Below are positions 30,046 to 40,557 of a stretch of DNA of 64,000 bases, piece by piece. Position numbers and translations under genes: made by a program. Position 1 is the stretch's first letter. The number at the start of each line of letters is the position of its first letter. The notes beneath the pieces are model-generated. The model was given only the letters and a program-made list of their open reading frames with translations. It had not been told where the DNA came from and did not search any database. Source of the DNA: Nitrospinota bacterium (lineage in GTDB: Bacteria; UBA8248); assembly GCA_030754595.1 (NCBI GenBank), contig JASLZZ010000111.1:1-64000 (forward strand), read 5' to 3'.

Positions 30046-31146
30046 TCACACCCGCATGGGCATGATGACGTAGGTGTACCCTTCCGCATCCTCGGGCTTG
30101 AAGATGCCGGGACTCAGGGAGTCCTTGAGTTCGAAGCGGATATTCTGCTCATCGAGGATTCCCAGCACATCTAGGCAATAGCGGGCGTTGAACCCGATAA
30201 CCAATTCATCGCCGGAATAATCCGAGGCGAGAGTCTCTTCGGCCTCTCCGGCGTCCGAGCCGTTTGTGGTCAGGACCAGCTGGCCGGGGGTGAATACGAA
30301 CTTGACCATCCGCGCTTCGTTCGAAAGAAGAGAAACGCGCCGTAGCGCCCGAAGGAGATGATCGCGATCCACGATGATCCGGGTATTGTTGTCTCCGGGT
30401 ATCACCTGCCTGTATTTCGGGAAATCGCCGTCGATCATACGGGCCGAAAGCTCGATGGCCCCCGACCGGAAAATGACATGATTATCCTGAAGGAAAATAT
30501 CGACGTCCTCCTCCTCCTCGGAGAAAAGCTTGACAATCTCGCCGAGCGCTTTTTTGTGGATGATCACGCCGTTTTTGAATTCGGCCCCCGCGTTGGGCCG
30601 CTCGATGAGCGCCAGCCGGTGGCCGTCGGTAGCGACGATGCGAAGCATTTCGCCCTCGGATTCCATGAACACGCCATTGTAGGTGTAGCGGGTCTCGTCC
30701 TGGGAGATGGCGAACATGGTCTTGCGGATCATGTCGCCCAAAACGGCGGACGGAACTTTCTGCGGCTCGCCGTCTCCGGTCTCGGGGACCGAGGGAAAAT
30801 CCGAAGGCGGCAGGCCCGGAAAACGGAAGCTCGATTTCTCGCACGTCATCCGCACCCACTGGCCGTCTTCCTCGACCAGCCGAATGTCGGCGTCGGGAAG
30901 CTCGCGGACGATGTCGAAAAGCTTCCTCGCATTGAGCGTCACCGAGCCGCCCTTGGCGACCTGGGCCTCGAAGGCGCCCCTGAGGCCGATGTCGAGATTC
31001 GTGGCCAGCAGGCGCACCTGTTTTTTTTCCTCCGCGGAGAGGAGAATGTTCTGGAGAATCGGCATCGCGCTGCTGCGGCTCTCCACGACCCCCTGGACCG
31101 TCTGAAGAGCACGGTGGAGCGTTTCCCTGCTGATCACGATATCCAC
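30046..31146 (-). CDS. dnaN: DNA polymerase III beta sliding clamp
   Basis: MPILQNIL, ATNLD, ATDGHRL, DGDFPKY, GFNARY, YVIMPMRV; GGAGG before GTG 31146. Confidence 0.96.
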   Translation of the reverse strand: MDIVISRETLHRALQTVQGVVESRSSAMPILQNILLSAEEKKQVRLLATNLDIGLRGAFEAQVAKGGSVTLNARKLFDIVRELPDADIRLVEEDGQWVRMTCEKSSFRFPGLPPSDFPSVPETGDGEPQKVPSAVLGDMIRKTMFAISQDETRYTYNGVFMESEGEMLRIVATDGHRLALIERPNAGAEFKNGVIIHKKALGEIVKLFSEEEEDVDIFLQDNHVIFRSGAIELSARMIDGDFPKYRQVIPGDNNTRIIVDRDHLLRALRRVSLLSNEARMVKFVFTPGQLVLTTNGSDAGEAEETLASDYSGDELVIGFNARYCLDVLGILDEQNIRFELKDSLSPGIFKPEDAEGYTYVIMPMRV

Positions 31147-31236
31147 GATTCCGCCTCCACCCGGCCCGCGCGCGCGCCCGGACGCCGATTTATGGATTGG
31201 GTGTTCTAACAATTGTACGTATGGCAGGGAATCCCT

Positions 31237-31270
31237 GCATTTTCCCCTAGCCGGCATTTTCCCCTAGCCG
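31237..31270. repeat. Perfect 17-bp tandem duplication GCATTTTCCCCTAGCCG x2, flanked by palindromes
   Basis: Read directly; GCAGGGA-A-TCCCTGC (31224-38) and AGGATGCATCCT (31272-83). Confidence 0.9.
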
Positions 31271-31387
31271 GAGGATGCATCCTAAGCCAAAGGTCAGCCC
31301 GGAGCAAGGGTCCTCGAAACCACGGAGCTATCTACTCATTTAATTTGTTATCAATATGTTACACGGTTTGAGCGGGGTGGGCGCCGA

Positions 31388-33517
31388 TCAGAATTTCCTC
31401 CGCTCGACCACCGGGATGGCCACCTCGTCGCCCGCTGTGATTCGACGGAGATCCTTGTTTCCGTTGTAGTGGCGAACCAGCCAAAGAGGGACCCGGTAGG
31501 TCCGCACGAGGAGGGTCCAGATATTCTCCCCCGGCTTCAGCTTGTGACGCTTGACCCGGGAGACGGTATATTTGTTGAAGAAAGTCTTCTCGATTCCTTT
31601 GTGGTAGGCGATCCTCCGCTCGATAAAATCTTCCTTGGGAACGCGGAGAAACGAAACCCGGATCTTTTTTCCCATCCTGACCCGGCGGCTCGAGCGAATC
31701 CCGTTCATCCTTCTGAGCCGCCCGGGTGACACCAGCAGCCACCGAGAGATATGACCGATCGTCTCGTTCTCTTGAACGCGGACCCACCCCGCCTTTTTTC
31801 CCCCCGAGGAGGGCGACACCGCCAGCGACTGCCGAAGAGCGCCTTCCCGGAACCGCGAACCCCGGCTCGGGACCGTCTCCGGCAAATCGTATTCCGAGAT
31901 GAACCGGAACAGGCTTCTCTCCCCTGTTTGGGGAGCCGACGCCACCCGTTGTGGCGATTTTTTCGCCGGGGGGGCGGGCGGGATTGATTTTCGGGCAATG
32001 GGTGATTTTTGCGGTTTCGATGGGTGTGGTGTCCTACGTTGCTGCGTTCCACGAGGACCAGGCAGACGGGCCACCCTCGGGCCGGTCTTTTTATTTTTCA
32101 CCTGGCGGGAAGCCAGCTTCGGCCGAGCGGCCGCCGGCTTTCGGGCCGCCGTCTGCTTTTGAGTAGAGGCCCTCTCCGGGAGCCTGAGACGATCTCCCAC
32201 CCGGATCAGGGTTTTTTCGAGACCATTTTCTTTCATCAGATTCCCGAGGCGGACCCGGTGCCGGCGGGCGATTCGGCCGAGCGAGTCTCCCGGCCTGACC
32301 AGGACCCATTTCGATCCGTCGCCGCCATCCGCCGAAGGCGACCCCTCGACTCCCTGATAGTAGGCCTTTCGGACGCGGGCCCCCTCCCCCAGCGGGAGGC
32401 GGAGGGGATACCCCCTCGGCACGCTCCTCCACCCCCGGGTCACCGGAGGGCGAAGGGCGGGGTTCAGCTTCCGGAGAATCCGGGCATCCATCCCGATCCG
32501 GCGGGTGAGTTCTTTCATCCTGATGAAACCGGGAACATGGAATTCGTCGAAAAACCGGGGCGGGTCGAGACGAACCGCGCCGAAATATTTTTCGGCGTTA
32601 TTATGAACCTGGACCGCGGCGAGAAACTCGGCGTAAAAATTCCGCGAGGCGAAACCGAAGGTGCGGCTCTTGTAATGCCTGACGATTAAATCGATGCGCC
32701 GCGAGCCCACCTGTTTCGCGGCCCGGCGCATCCCCAGCGCCCCGTGGTTGTATGCGGTGATGGCCAGCGGCCAGGATTTTAAATCCTCAAAGTTTCGCTT
32801 GAGCAGCCTGGCCGCGGCCTTAGCGGACAAAAACGGATCGCGCCTCGCGTCCACCGTACCGTCCACACGCATGAAGAGCCTTCCGGTTCCCCGGGTAAAC
32901 TGCCAAAGGCCCAGCGCACCGGCGTGACTATAGATGGCCGAGCGAAACCCGCTCTCGACATGGGGGAGAAGCGTCAACTCCTCGGGCAGGCCATGCTTTC
33001 GGAAAATTCGGCGGAAATGAGCGAGGTATCTCCCGGAGCGGATATACCCCTCGAGAAAGCGCTCTCTCAGGCCGGGCTGCCCGCGAACTTGGTAAGCGGC
33101 AGCGCGAAGCTCCCGGCGCGGGAGGCCCGAAAACATATTCCGGATACGGGCGGTGAGCGCGGCAGTGCCGGCGGAAGCGGCCCGGCCCTCGGCGAGCGCA
33201 AGCAGGATCGCCCGGATTTTATCCTTGTGGGCGCGCAACCTTTTTTTCTGCTCCCGGGTGGCCTTCCACGGCTCGCCGAGGTGGAACACGCCGTAGCGGC
33301 GGCCGAGATGATATTCATCGTGAAATATGACTTCGGAAAATTTGTAGCGGGTGAAAACATCTCGCCAGAATTCAACATTTTCCTTGAGGCCCGGCGGAAA
33401 AGGAAAGCCGCCCGCTCCGGCGGAGAGGATTCTGCCCAAGGCGGGCCCGGGCGCAGCCACCAACAAAATGGCAACCAACAGGACCGCGCCAGGAAATAAA
33501 GTCCGGCTTATCCTCAT
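31388..33517 (-). CDS. MltD-like lytic transglycosylase with LysM domains
   Basis: Signal peptide; LPHVESGF, GALGLWQF, AITAYNHG; LysM repeats (VRPGDSLGRIA, LKPGENIW). Confidence 0.9.
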   Translation of the reverse strand: MRISRTLFPGAVLLVAILLVAAPGPALGRILSAGAGGFPFPPGLKENVEFWRDVFTRYKFSEVIFHDEYHLGRRYGVFHLGEPWKATREQKKRLRAHKDKIRAILLALAEGRAASAGTAALTARIRNMFSGLPRRELRAAAYQVRGQPGLRERFLEGYIRSGRYLAHFRRIFRKHGLPEELTLLPHVESGFRSAIYSHAGALGLWQFTRGTGRLFMRVDGTVDARRDPFLSAKAAARLLKRNFEDLKSWPLAITAYNHGALGMRRAAKQVGSRRIDLIVRHYKSRTFGFASRNFYAEFLAAVQVHNNAEKYFGAVRLDPPRFFDEFHVPGFIRMKELTRRIGMDARILRKLNPALRPPVTRGWRSVPRGYPLRLPLGEGARVRKAYYQGVEGSPSADGGDGSKWVLVRPGDSLGRIARRHRVRLGNLMKENGLEKTLIRVGDRLRLPERASTQKQTAARKPAAARPKLASRQVKNKKTGPRVARLPGPRGTQQRRTPHPSKPQKSPIARKSIPPAPPAKKSPQRVASAPQTGERSLFRFISEYDLPETVPSRGSRFREGALRQSLAVSPSSGGKKAGWVRVQENETIGHISRWLLVSPGRLRRMNGIRSSRRVRMGKKIRVSFLRVPKEDFIERRIAYHKGIEKTFFNKYTVSRVKRHKLKPGENIWTLLVRTYRVPLWLVRHYNGNKDLRRITAGDEVAIPVVERRKF

Positions 33518-33773
33518 CGATAAATCGCTCCCGTAATTTCGCCGGGCTCACGGTACATAGGAGCACTTTATCATCTGGGCGAAATTTAATAAAGCGTGAA
33601 AAATCAACGGGTTTTCCGGCTGCTGAAATACGGCGGGGCATTTGATAAACTCTCGCCCGCCCCGGCGGAAATTTGCCACCCTTAAAATGAATCGGGCTGG
33701 GGAGCCAGACTCACGGACTAGTTTTCACTCATTCAGCTTGGACCAGATTTGAGGGGGAGGGGGGGGTGACTCT

Positions 33774-34205
33774 TTACGTGCCGTTCCCGGGATTCGAGGC
33801 GTCGGGACGCGAGGGATTCCGTTCCGGGGACTCGGGCAGGCCGAAGAGGGCATTCACCTTCGACCTCAGATCGCGGTGGTAGAAGGGCTTGGTGACGTAG
33901 TCGTCCGCCCCCGCTTCGATTCCTTTCTGAAGCTCCTCGGGCAATGCCTTGGCTGTGACCATGATGATTTTCAGTCCGCTCAGGTCCGGAATCGCGCGCA
34001 TCCGGCGGCATGCCTCGTAGCCGTCCATCTCCGGCATCATTGCGTCCATCAGGACGATATCGGGATGAAAAGCAGAAACGACCTCCAACGCCTCAAGGCC
34101 GGAAACCGCGGTCTTGAGTTCGAAGTCTTTATTGAAAATATACTGCAATATCTCCACGTTCAAAGGATTATCGTCGACAATCAGGATTCGACCGTTTTCT
34201 CCCAC
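33774..34205 (-). CDS. Single-domain response regulator
   Basis: ILIVDD, LMDAMMPEMDG, VTAK, GADDYVTKPF; GTG 34205. Confidence 0.9.
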   Translation of the reverse strand: MGENGRILIVDDNPLNVEILQYIFNKDFELKTAVSGLEALEVVSAFHPDIVLMDAMMPEMDGYEACRRMRAIPDLSGLKIIMVTAKALPEELQKGIEAGADDYVTKPFYHRDLRSKVNALFGLPESPERNPSRPDASNPGNGT

Positions 34206-34216
34206 ACCCCGCTCCC

Positions 34217-35541
34217 CTACGATTTTGCCGATTCGATTGAATTGGAATCCGCGATATAGTGGGAACCGGAGCCGGGATCTCCCGATGCTGCCAGAAACGG
34301 CAACTCGAACGTCAGCACCGCCCCCTCGTTCGGGGAATTCTCGGCCCAGATACGCCCCCGATGCGACGTGATGATCTCCCTGCATATCGCCAGGCCAAGT
34401 CCCGTGCCGCCCGCGCCTGTCTTGGTCTGGCTCGACTGGGTGAACTTTTCGAAAATCGCTTCGATCTCAGCTTCGGGGATGCCCGGTCCCCGATCGCGAA
34501 CGGCGACAGCGGCGACCCGCGACTTGGGCTGCACTTCGACATCGATCGCCGAGCCATCCGGCGCGACACTCAGCGCGTTGCCGAGGAGATTCCGGAGCGT
34601 TTGTTCGATCTTGTCGCGGTCGACAATAACCTCGGTGGGCGTTCCAGACTGATGAATCTCGATGGTGATATTCCGGGGGCCGGCCAGCATGGCGAACTCC
34701 TCGGATACCGAAGCGATAAGTTCCCCAAGGTCCGTGGACTGCAAATCGAGGTCCCCATTGCCGGATTCCAGCTTGGAAAGGTCGAGCAACGCATTCAGGA
34801 GCTTGAGGAGCGTCTCGCCGCTTTGCCGGGCCCGGTTAAAATAGTGAAGTAATCTCTCTCTCGGAGCGGAGTTGGCCTCCTCTGCACCGAATTGCATGAA
34901 GCTGAGAATACTTTGCAGCGGCGTGCGAAGCTCGTGCGACATATTGGACAGGAGTTCCGACTTGGCCCGGTTCGCCCGCTCCGCTTCCTCCACCGCATCC
35001 CAGAGTTCCCCGTTTGCTTTGCTCACCCTCTCCGCCATTCGGTTGAACGAGTCGGAGAGATCGTGCAGCTCGATCGGCGAGATCCGGGGCGGATCCTCGA
35101 CGCGGGCACTCATGTTTCCGCCGGCTATCTGGCCCACCGCGATTTGCACCTTTTCGATCGGACGGGAACTGTACTTCGAGAGCCACCAGCTGATGATGAC
35201 GGCGATGAAGACGCCCAGGACAGAGTGCCATGCCGCTATCCACTGGACGTCGCGGGCCCGGTCCGTCAGCTCAACCATCGGCTGAGGCACCATCACGCCC
35301 CAGCCGACCTTCGGCACCGAGGTGTATCCGGCGATCATGTCCGCCTTTGAGGGGTGGGGAGTAGAACACGGTGACGCCCGTCTCTCCACGCATCATCGCC
35401 TGCACAACCGAAATGCCCGAGGCGTCCTTGGAGCTTTTCTGCCATTCCTTCTTCGGGTGAGCGATCACCCGCCCGGCGCGATCGACAATCATGGAATGGC
35501 CTTTTCGCCCGAACGAGATGGATTTCTGCATATTCACCAGA
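34217..35541 (-). pseudogene. Cache-HAMP sensor histidine kinase, 5'-truncated and frameshifted
   Basis: IVDRAGRVIAHP (Cache), HAMP, SHELRTPL, NLLGNA, DRGPGI, GGTGLGLAIC; extra A at ~35346-48; N-terminal TM and most of the sensor missing. Confidence 0.82.
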
Positions 35542-36353
35542 TAGACTCAATCTGGGTGACGGACCATATCATCATACCGCGCTCGGCGAACGTCATCTAT
35601 CGGGAGAATATGCTCGATCTTTTTTCACTTTTGAGTTTTCTCGCGGCCGCGACGGAACGCATCTCCATCGGAACCAGCGTCATCATCATCCCTTATCGCC
35701 ATCCCGTTGTTGTCGCCAAGATGATCGCCACGGTGGACCAGCTATCGAAGAGCCGCGTCATTTTCGGGGCAGGAGTCAGCTGGAACGAAGAAGAGTACGG
35801 CGCGCTCGGGCGGCCGTACGGTGAACGGGGGAAAATGACCGATGAGAATTTGCGCCTTATTCGGGCTCTCTGGGCGAACGAAACCTTGAGTTTTGAGGGC
35901 GAGTACACCCGGTTTCATGACATGTCGATTTCCCCGCAGCCTTATCAACGCCCCCACCCGCCCGTCTGGATATCAGGAAAGGGGAGAATCGCCCGCCGAC
36001 GCGCGGCCCGGCTCGCCGAAGGCTGGCACCCCGTTGGGCTGACGCCCGAGGAGGTCGCGGAAGGAACCCATGACCTGAAAGATCTGTGGAAAGAAAACGG
36101 CCGCGAAGGGGAGCCCGTCGTCTCGATGCGGGGGATGGTTTCCGTGGAAGGAGTCTCCGATGTGGCATACCGGTTTCCCGAGCGTCAACCCGTCACCCTA
36201 GCGGGAAGCACGGCTCAGATTGTGGACATCATCGGCCGCTTCGGCCAAGCGGGGGTCGAGCACATGGTCCTCGACATGACCACCCATTCGCACGCCTCCT
36301 TTCTTGCGGTCATGGAAGCGTTCGCGGGCGACGTGAGGCCGAAGGCGGGCTGA
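35541..36353 (+). pseudogene. LLM class flavin-dependent oxidoreductase, 5'-truncated
   Basis: Begins at DSIWVTDH; LAAATERISIGTSV, PYRHPVVVAKMIATVDQLS, PQPYQRPHPPVW; first ~30-35 aa and start codon absent. Confidence 0.8.
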
Positions 36354-36564
36354 GAGATGGGGCTCGGTCCGAAATCGGAGTTTTTTTGAATCTGCGCTCG
36401 GATGAATGGGTATCTTCCTCACCCGTACTCCGCAATTATTAAATCCCCCATACGAGTGACTTGGCGAAGTCGTTGAATTAGGATATTGACCTCGGCAAGG
36501 AGTGTTTGCGCGGCTTCTTCAGCTAACGGCACGGACATTAAATAAGTCTCGAACCAGGCTCCCG

Positions 36565-37338
36565 ATGACAGAATCCTCCTCCCTTCCCGGCGGGACATTT
36601 TCCGGCGGGATATTGAACGTTTACGCCCACCCGGACGACGAGTCGTTCGGAAACCCGGGGACGAACGCCCTTTATGCCGGGCGCGGGGCGGCGGTGAGTC
36701 TCATCTGCCTCACCCATGGAGAGGCGGGGGAGACCAACGGCGTTTGCGCTCCCGACGACTTGGGAGAGGTTCGCGCCGGAGAGTTGAGAGCGGCCTGCGC
36801 CGTTCTCGGCATCCGGCGCCTCGAGCTCTGGGACTATCCGGACGGCGGGCTCGCGGATGTGGACGATGAAGAAGCCATCGGCAGATTGATGGCGGCCTAT
36901 GCGGCCATCGCCCCCGAGGTGATCGTCACCCACTCCGACGACGGCATCACGGGTCATCCCGATCACCTGGCCGTATCGAAAAGGGCCTCCGAGGCCTTCC
37001 GGCGAATGCGAGATAACCCCGGGCAGGCTGTGGCGCCCTCTCGCCTTTACTGGCGGGTGGTCCCTTCGGGCCACCGGGAAAAACTCGGCCGCCCCGAAAT
37101 CACCTACCGCGCCGACTACACCACGATCATCGACGCCCGCCCGCTGGGGAGCGTCCGCGCCGAGGCCGTGGCCTGCCACGCCAGCCAGCGGCCGCACACC
37201 GACTATTCCGATCCGGTTTTATTCGAGATGGGCGCGGTGGATTACTACATCCGGAAATTTCCCGAATGGGAGGGCGGTCCACTCGAAGCCGATTTGCTCG
37301 GCGGGGCGACTCACCCCGAAGGGTCGATCTTTCCGTAA
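36565..37338 (+). CDS. PIG-L family deacetylase (MshB/BshB-like)
   Basis: AHPDDE, THGEAG, GHPDH, CHASQ. Confidence 0.88.
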   Translation: MTESSSLPGGTFSGGILNVYAHPDDESFGNPGTNALYAGRGAAVSLICLTHGEAGETNGVCAPDDLGEVRAGELRAACAVLGIRRLELWDYPDGGLADVDDEEAIGRLMAAYAAIAPEVIVTHSDDGITGHPDHLAVSKRASEAFRRMRDNPGQAVAPSRLYWRVVPSGHREKLGRPEITYRADYTTIIDARPLGSVRAEAVACHASQRPHTDYSDPVLFEMGAVDYYIRKFPEWEGGPLEADLLGGATHPEGSIFP

Positions 37339-37964
37339 GCGAGGCGAACGGAAACATCGGCGATCGGCGCCGCCCAGTCGGGCTGGTGGGTGCTCATGAT
37401 TATGGTCTTGCCCGATTCGGCGAGCGAGGCGATCACATCGCGCATCCGGCCGGTGTTCTCCGCGTCCACTCCGGCCGAGGGCTCGTCGAGAAGAAGCGCC
37501 TCCGCCCCCGTCGCCAAGGACCGGGCCAGCGCCACGCGCTTGCGCTCGCCGCCCGATAGCGCAGCCGCACTCCGCTCGGCGAGATGGGCGCAACCGGCCT
37601 GCTCGAGCGCCAGGAGCGCCTTCCCCTCGGCGTCGCTTTGGCTCCGCCCCCGGGCAATTTCCCCGAAGGCGACGTTGGCGATCACCCGCCCCCGGAACAT
37701 GAACGGGTCCTGGTGGAGCAGCGACACCCGCCGGCGGTGGCCCGCCCCCCCGCCTCCGTAGGCCACCGGCTCGCCCATGTAGGCGGCCCGCCCCCGGTCG
37801 GGACGCAGCAGGCCCGCCATCACGCGGAGCAGCGTGGTTTTCCCGGCGCCGTTCGGGCCCGAAAGCGCGGTGACCGCGCCCGAAGCGATGTCGAGCCTGC
37901 CGATGTCGAGTGCGGTTTCCCCGTTGAAGCTGACTTGGATGTCTTCTAACGTGAAAATATCCAT
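37311..37964 (-). CDS. tupC: Tungstate ABC transporter ATPase
   Basis: GPNGAGKT, LSGGE, LLLDEP; linked to tupB. Confidence 0.85.
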   Translation of the reverse strand: MDIFTLEDIQVSFNGETALDIGRLDIASGAVTALSGPNGAGKTTLLRVMAGLLRPDRGRAAYMGEPVAYGGGGAGHRRRVSLLHQDPFMFRGRVIANVAFGEIARGRSQSDAEGKALLALEQAGCAHLAERSAAALSGGERKRVALARSLATGAEALLLDEPSAGVDAENTGRMRDVIASLAESGKTIIMSTHQPDWAAPIADVSVRLAYGKIDPSG

Positions 37965-38650
37965 TATGATTTCTGCAGGATCCGCGTGCCGATGTTCGTC
38001 AAGAAAATAATCGCCATGAGCACGACGCCCAGGGCGATGCCGAATCCAAATTCCCCCTTCATGCTCTCGAGGGCGATCCCCGTGGTCAGCGTCCGCGTGT
38101 AGCCCTTGATGTTACCGCCCAACATCATGGCGATACCCACCTCGGAGGACACCCGCCCGAACGCGCCCAGTATCGCCGCTATCAGTCCGAAGCGCGCCTC
38201 GCGCAGCACCATCCAGGCGGCGAGCCGCGAGGAGGCGCCCAGCGTGAGCGCCGTCTCGCGCGCGCGCTGGTCCACCGAGGAGATCGCCGTCATCGTGAAA
38301 ACAGAAACGATCGGTACGGAAAGAATCACTAGCCCGATCACGATGGCCGTCGGGCTGAACAGCAGGTCCGCGAAACCGAGCGGCCCCCGGCGGGAGAGAA
38401 GCCCGTAGACGACCAGGCCGATCACCACGGTGGGCACTCCGAGGAGGGTCTGGATCACCGAGATGGCCGCGCCCCGGCCCCGGAAGCGGCGAGAGGCCAG
38501 CGCCCAGCCGATCGGCAAGCCGATCAGGCCGGCGACCGCCGTCGCGCCGAAGCTCACCCGGACGGTGACCCAGGAGGCGGCCATCACATCGGGGTCCGCG
38601 CGCAGAACGAGGAGGATGCCTTCCCGGATTCCATCCAGAAGAAATTCCAT
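37964..38650 (-). CDS. tupB: Tungstate ABC transporter permease
   Basis: PTVVIGL..YGLLSRRGPLG, FGRVSSEVG..MMLGGNIKGYTRTLTT. Confidence 0.9.
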   Translation of the reverse strand: MEFLLDGIREGILLVLRADPDVMAASWVTVRVSFGATAVAGLIGLPIGWALASRRFRGRGAAISVIQTLLGVPTVVIGLVVYGLLSRRGPLGFADLLFSPTAIVIGLVILSVPIVSVFTMTAISSVDQRARETALTLGASSRLAAWMVLREARFGLIAAILGAFGRVSSEVGIAMMLGGNIKGYTRTLTTGIALESMKGEFGFGIALGVVLMAIIFLTNIGTRILQKS

Positions 38651-38794
38651 CGCCTACCCGCCCCGGTGCCCGTCTCGATGTAAGCCTCGGGCTTCATTCC
38701 ACCCCGCCGGCGGATTATACAGCCGCCGGCCGCCCAGCAAAAAGCGACTTCGCACAAAACGCGGGTTTCGCGGCTTCGCGCAATACGTCTTCGC

Positions 38795-39532
38795 CTAAAT
38801 CACTCTCCGCAGCAAAAAGACCATGGCGACGATGATGACAATCCCCATCAGCTTTTGAATCGTCAGCGGCGCAAAGCGAAACGAACCCATGTAGGAGCCC
38901 AGAAAACCGCCGACGACAACAGCCGCCACCAGAGGCAGCACCAACTCCATGCTGAACGCCCCGCGCTGCATTCGCGAGAAGAGCCCCGCGAGGGAGTTCA
39001 CCCAGATGAAGATCGAGCCCGTTGCGGCGGCCTCTTTCTCCGTTCCCAGGTTGAACGTCACGACGAGGGGTGCGAGGTAGATTCCTCCGCCGATCCCCAC
39101 CGTCCCCGCGATAAAACCGAGCGCCCCTCCCAGGACGATCGAAAAGACGATCTTTTGCGCGCCCTCCAGCTTGAGGGAGATCCGGAGACTGTCGAAAAAA
39201 TATATCCGGACGGCGAGGGTGATGAGGGTGAAGAGCAGGAGAATGTAAAAGGCCTGTTTCGACAGGGCGATGCTTCCCCCCAAATACGCCATCGGAATCG
39301 AAGAGGCGAGAAAGGGCGCGATCAGGCGCCAGTTCACGTGCCCGCCCCGCCAAAAATTCGCGGCTCCGAGGCTGGTGACGGTCGCGTTGAGCATGAGAGA
39401 GGTGGTGGGTATCAGGACATAATTCACATCGAAGATGGCCATGATCGCGGTGTAGGAGGAGCCGCCACCCAAACCGACACTGGAGTAGATGAGAGCAACG
39501 AAAAAAAACAGGACCGCGATCACGTATTCCAC
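38795..39532 (-). CDS. Sulfite exporter TauE/SafE family protein
   Basis: YSSVGLGGGSSY, GTVGIGGGIYLAP, FIWVNS. Confidence 0.85.
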   Translation of the reverse strand: MEYVIAVLFFFVALIYSSVGLGGGSSYTAIMAIFDVNYVLIPTTSLMLNATVTSLGAANFWRGGHVNWRLIAPFLASSIPMAYLGGSIALSKQAFYILLLFTLITLAVRIYFFDSLRISLKLEGAQKIVFSIVLGGALGFIAGTVGIGGGIYLAPLVVTFNLGTEKEAAATGSIFIWVNSLAGLFSRMQRGAFSMELVLPLVAAVVVGGFLGSYMGSFRFAPLTIQKLMGIVIIVAMVFLLRRVI

Positions 39533-39685
39533 GAAAATCTCACAGTGGCTGGCTCCGGACCTGTAGTTTGGTGTAGCCGAAAACCACGGCCCGGCGGCTC
39601 ACACCACCCTCTTTATCGAAAAAAATTCTCTCGGCCTCCGGCCCGCACGGAAAATCCGGCGCCGGAGGGGAGCCTCCTCGGAACG

Positions 39686-40528
39686 TCAGTTTCCCGGCCT
39701 CGCTGGCGCGGTGGACGGATGGAACAGTTTTTTTCCCTTCAACCGAAAGGAGTCGATGAGGCGCTGCCCTTCGGGCGAGACGAGAAACTGAACGTATTTC
39801 ATTGCCAACTCGTAGCGTACATGGGGATGGCGCTCGGGGTTCACGGCGATCACCCCGTAGGGATTGAGCAACTCCCTTCCGCCCTCGACCAGGACCTTTA
39901 GATCCACTTTTCCCCGGGCGGCGAAAAAAAGGAAAGAGCCCCGGTCGCTGAGGGTGTAGGCCCTCATCTCGTCGGCCGCCTTGAGTGTCTCCCCCATTCC
40001 CTGGCCGAGCGATCGGTACCACGCGCCCCCGGGATCAATCCCCGCGCCGCGCCAGAGAGCGGCCTCTTTTTTATGGGTGCCGGAATCGTCGCCCCGGCTG
40101 ACCCAAACGGCCCCACCCGCGCCGATTCGGCGGAGGGCGGCGGAAGTGTCCCCGATCCCCAGAATTTTGGCGCGACCGGCAGCCGGGCCCACAATCACAA
40201 AATCGTTGTACATCACGCTCCGGCGGCAGACGCCGTGTCCGGCTGCGACAAATTTTTTCTCCGCCCCAGGAGCGTGGACCAGGACCACATCGACATCCCC
40301 GTTCCGCCCGAGGCGCAGCGCCTTGCCCGTTCCGACGGCGATGGTGTGAATGCGGACGTTATGCCGTTTTTCGAAATGGGGATGGAGCCAGTCGAGAAGT
40401 CCGGTGAATTGCGTGCTCGTCGTTGTGGCGAGCTTCAAAACGGCAGGGGCTCCCTGCGCTGGCTCGGCCAGAAAAACGAGCAGCCACAACCCGGCTAAAA
40501 AACCACGCCACGACGCCATTTTCGCCAT
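39686..40528 (-). CDS. tupA: Tungstate ABC transporter substrate-binding protein
   Basis: ATTTS tungstate motif, AVGTGKAL, MYNDFVIVGP, SRGDDSGTH; signal peptide. Confidence 0.9.
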   Translation of the reverse strand: MAKMASWRGFLAGLWLLVFLAEPAQGAPAVLKLATTTSTQFTGLLDWLHPHFEKRHNVRIHTIAVGTGKALRLGRNGDVDVVLVHAPGAEKKFVAAGHGVCRRSVMYNDFVIVGPAAGRAKILGIGDTSAALRRIGAGGAVWVSRGDDSGTHKKEAALWRGAGIDPGGAWYRSLGQGMGETLKAADEMRAYTLSDRGSFLFFAARGKVDLKVLVEGGRELLNPYGVIAVNPERHPHVRYELAMKYVQFLVSPEGQRLIDSFRLKGKKLFHPSTAPARPGN

Positions 40529-40557
40529 TCCTCTCCCCGTCCGGTGGCTTGCAACGA

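Noticed and set aside
29876..31388. oriC next to dnaN
   Set aside because: No cluster of TTATCCACA boxes and no dnaA seen.
35322..35540. N-terminus of the LLM ORF as called (35322 start)
   Set aside because: This stretch is the antisense of the histidine kinase Cache region; LLM similarity begins only at ~35541.
39533..39685. Moco/Wco riboswitch within the tup cluster
   Set aside because: Only a GC hairpin followed by a T-run after tupA is visible; I cannot match the riboswitch consensus without an Rfam search.
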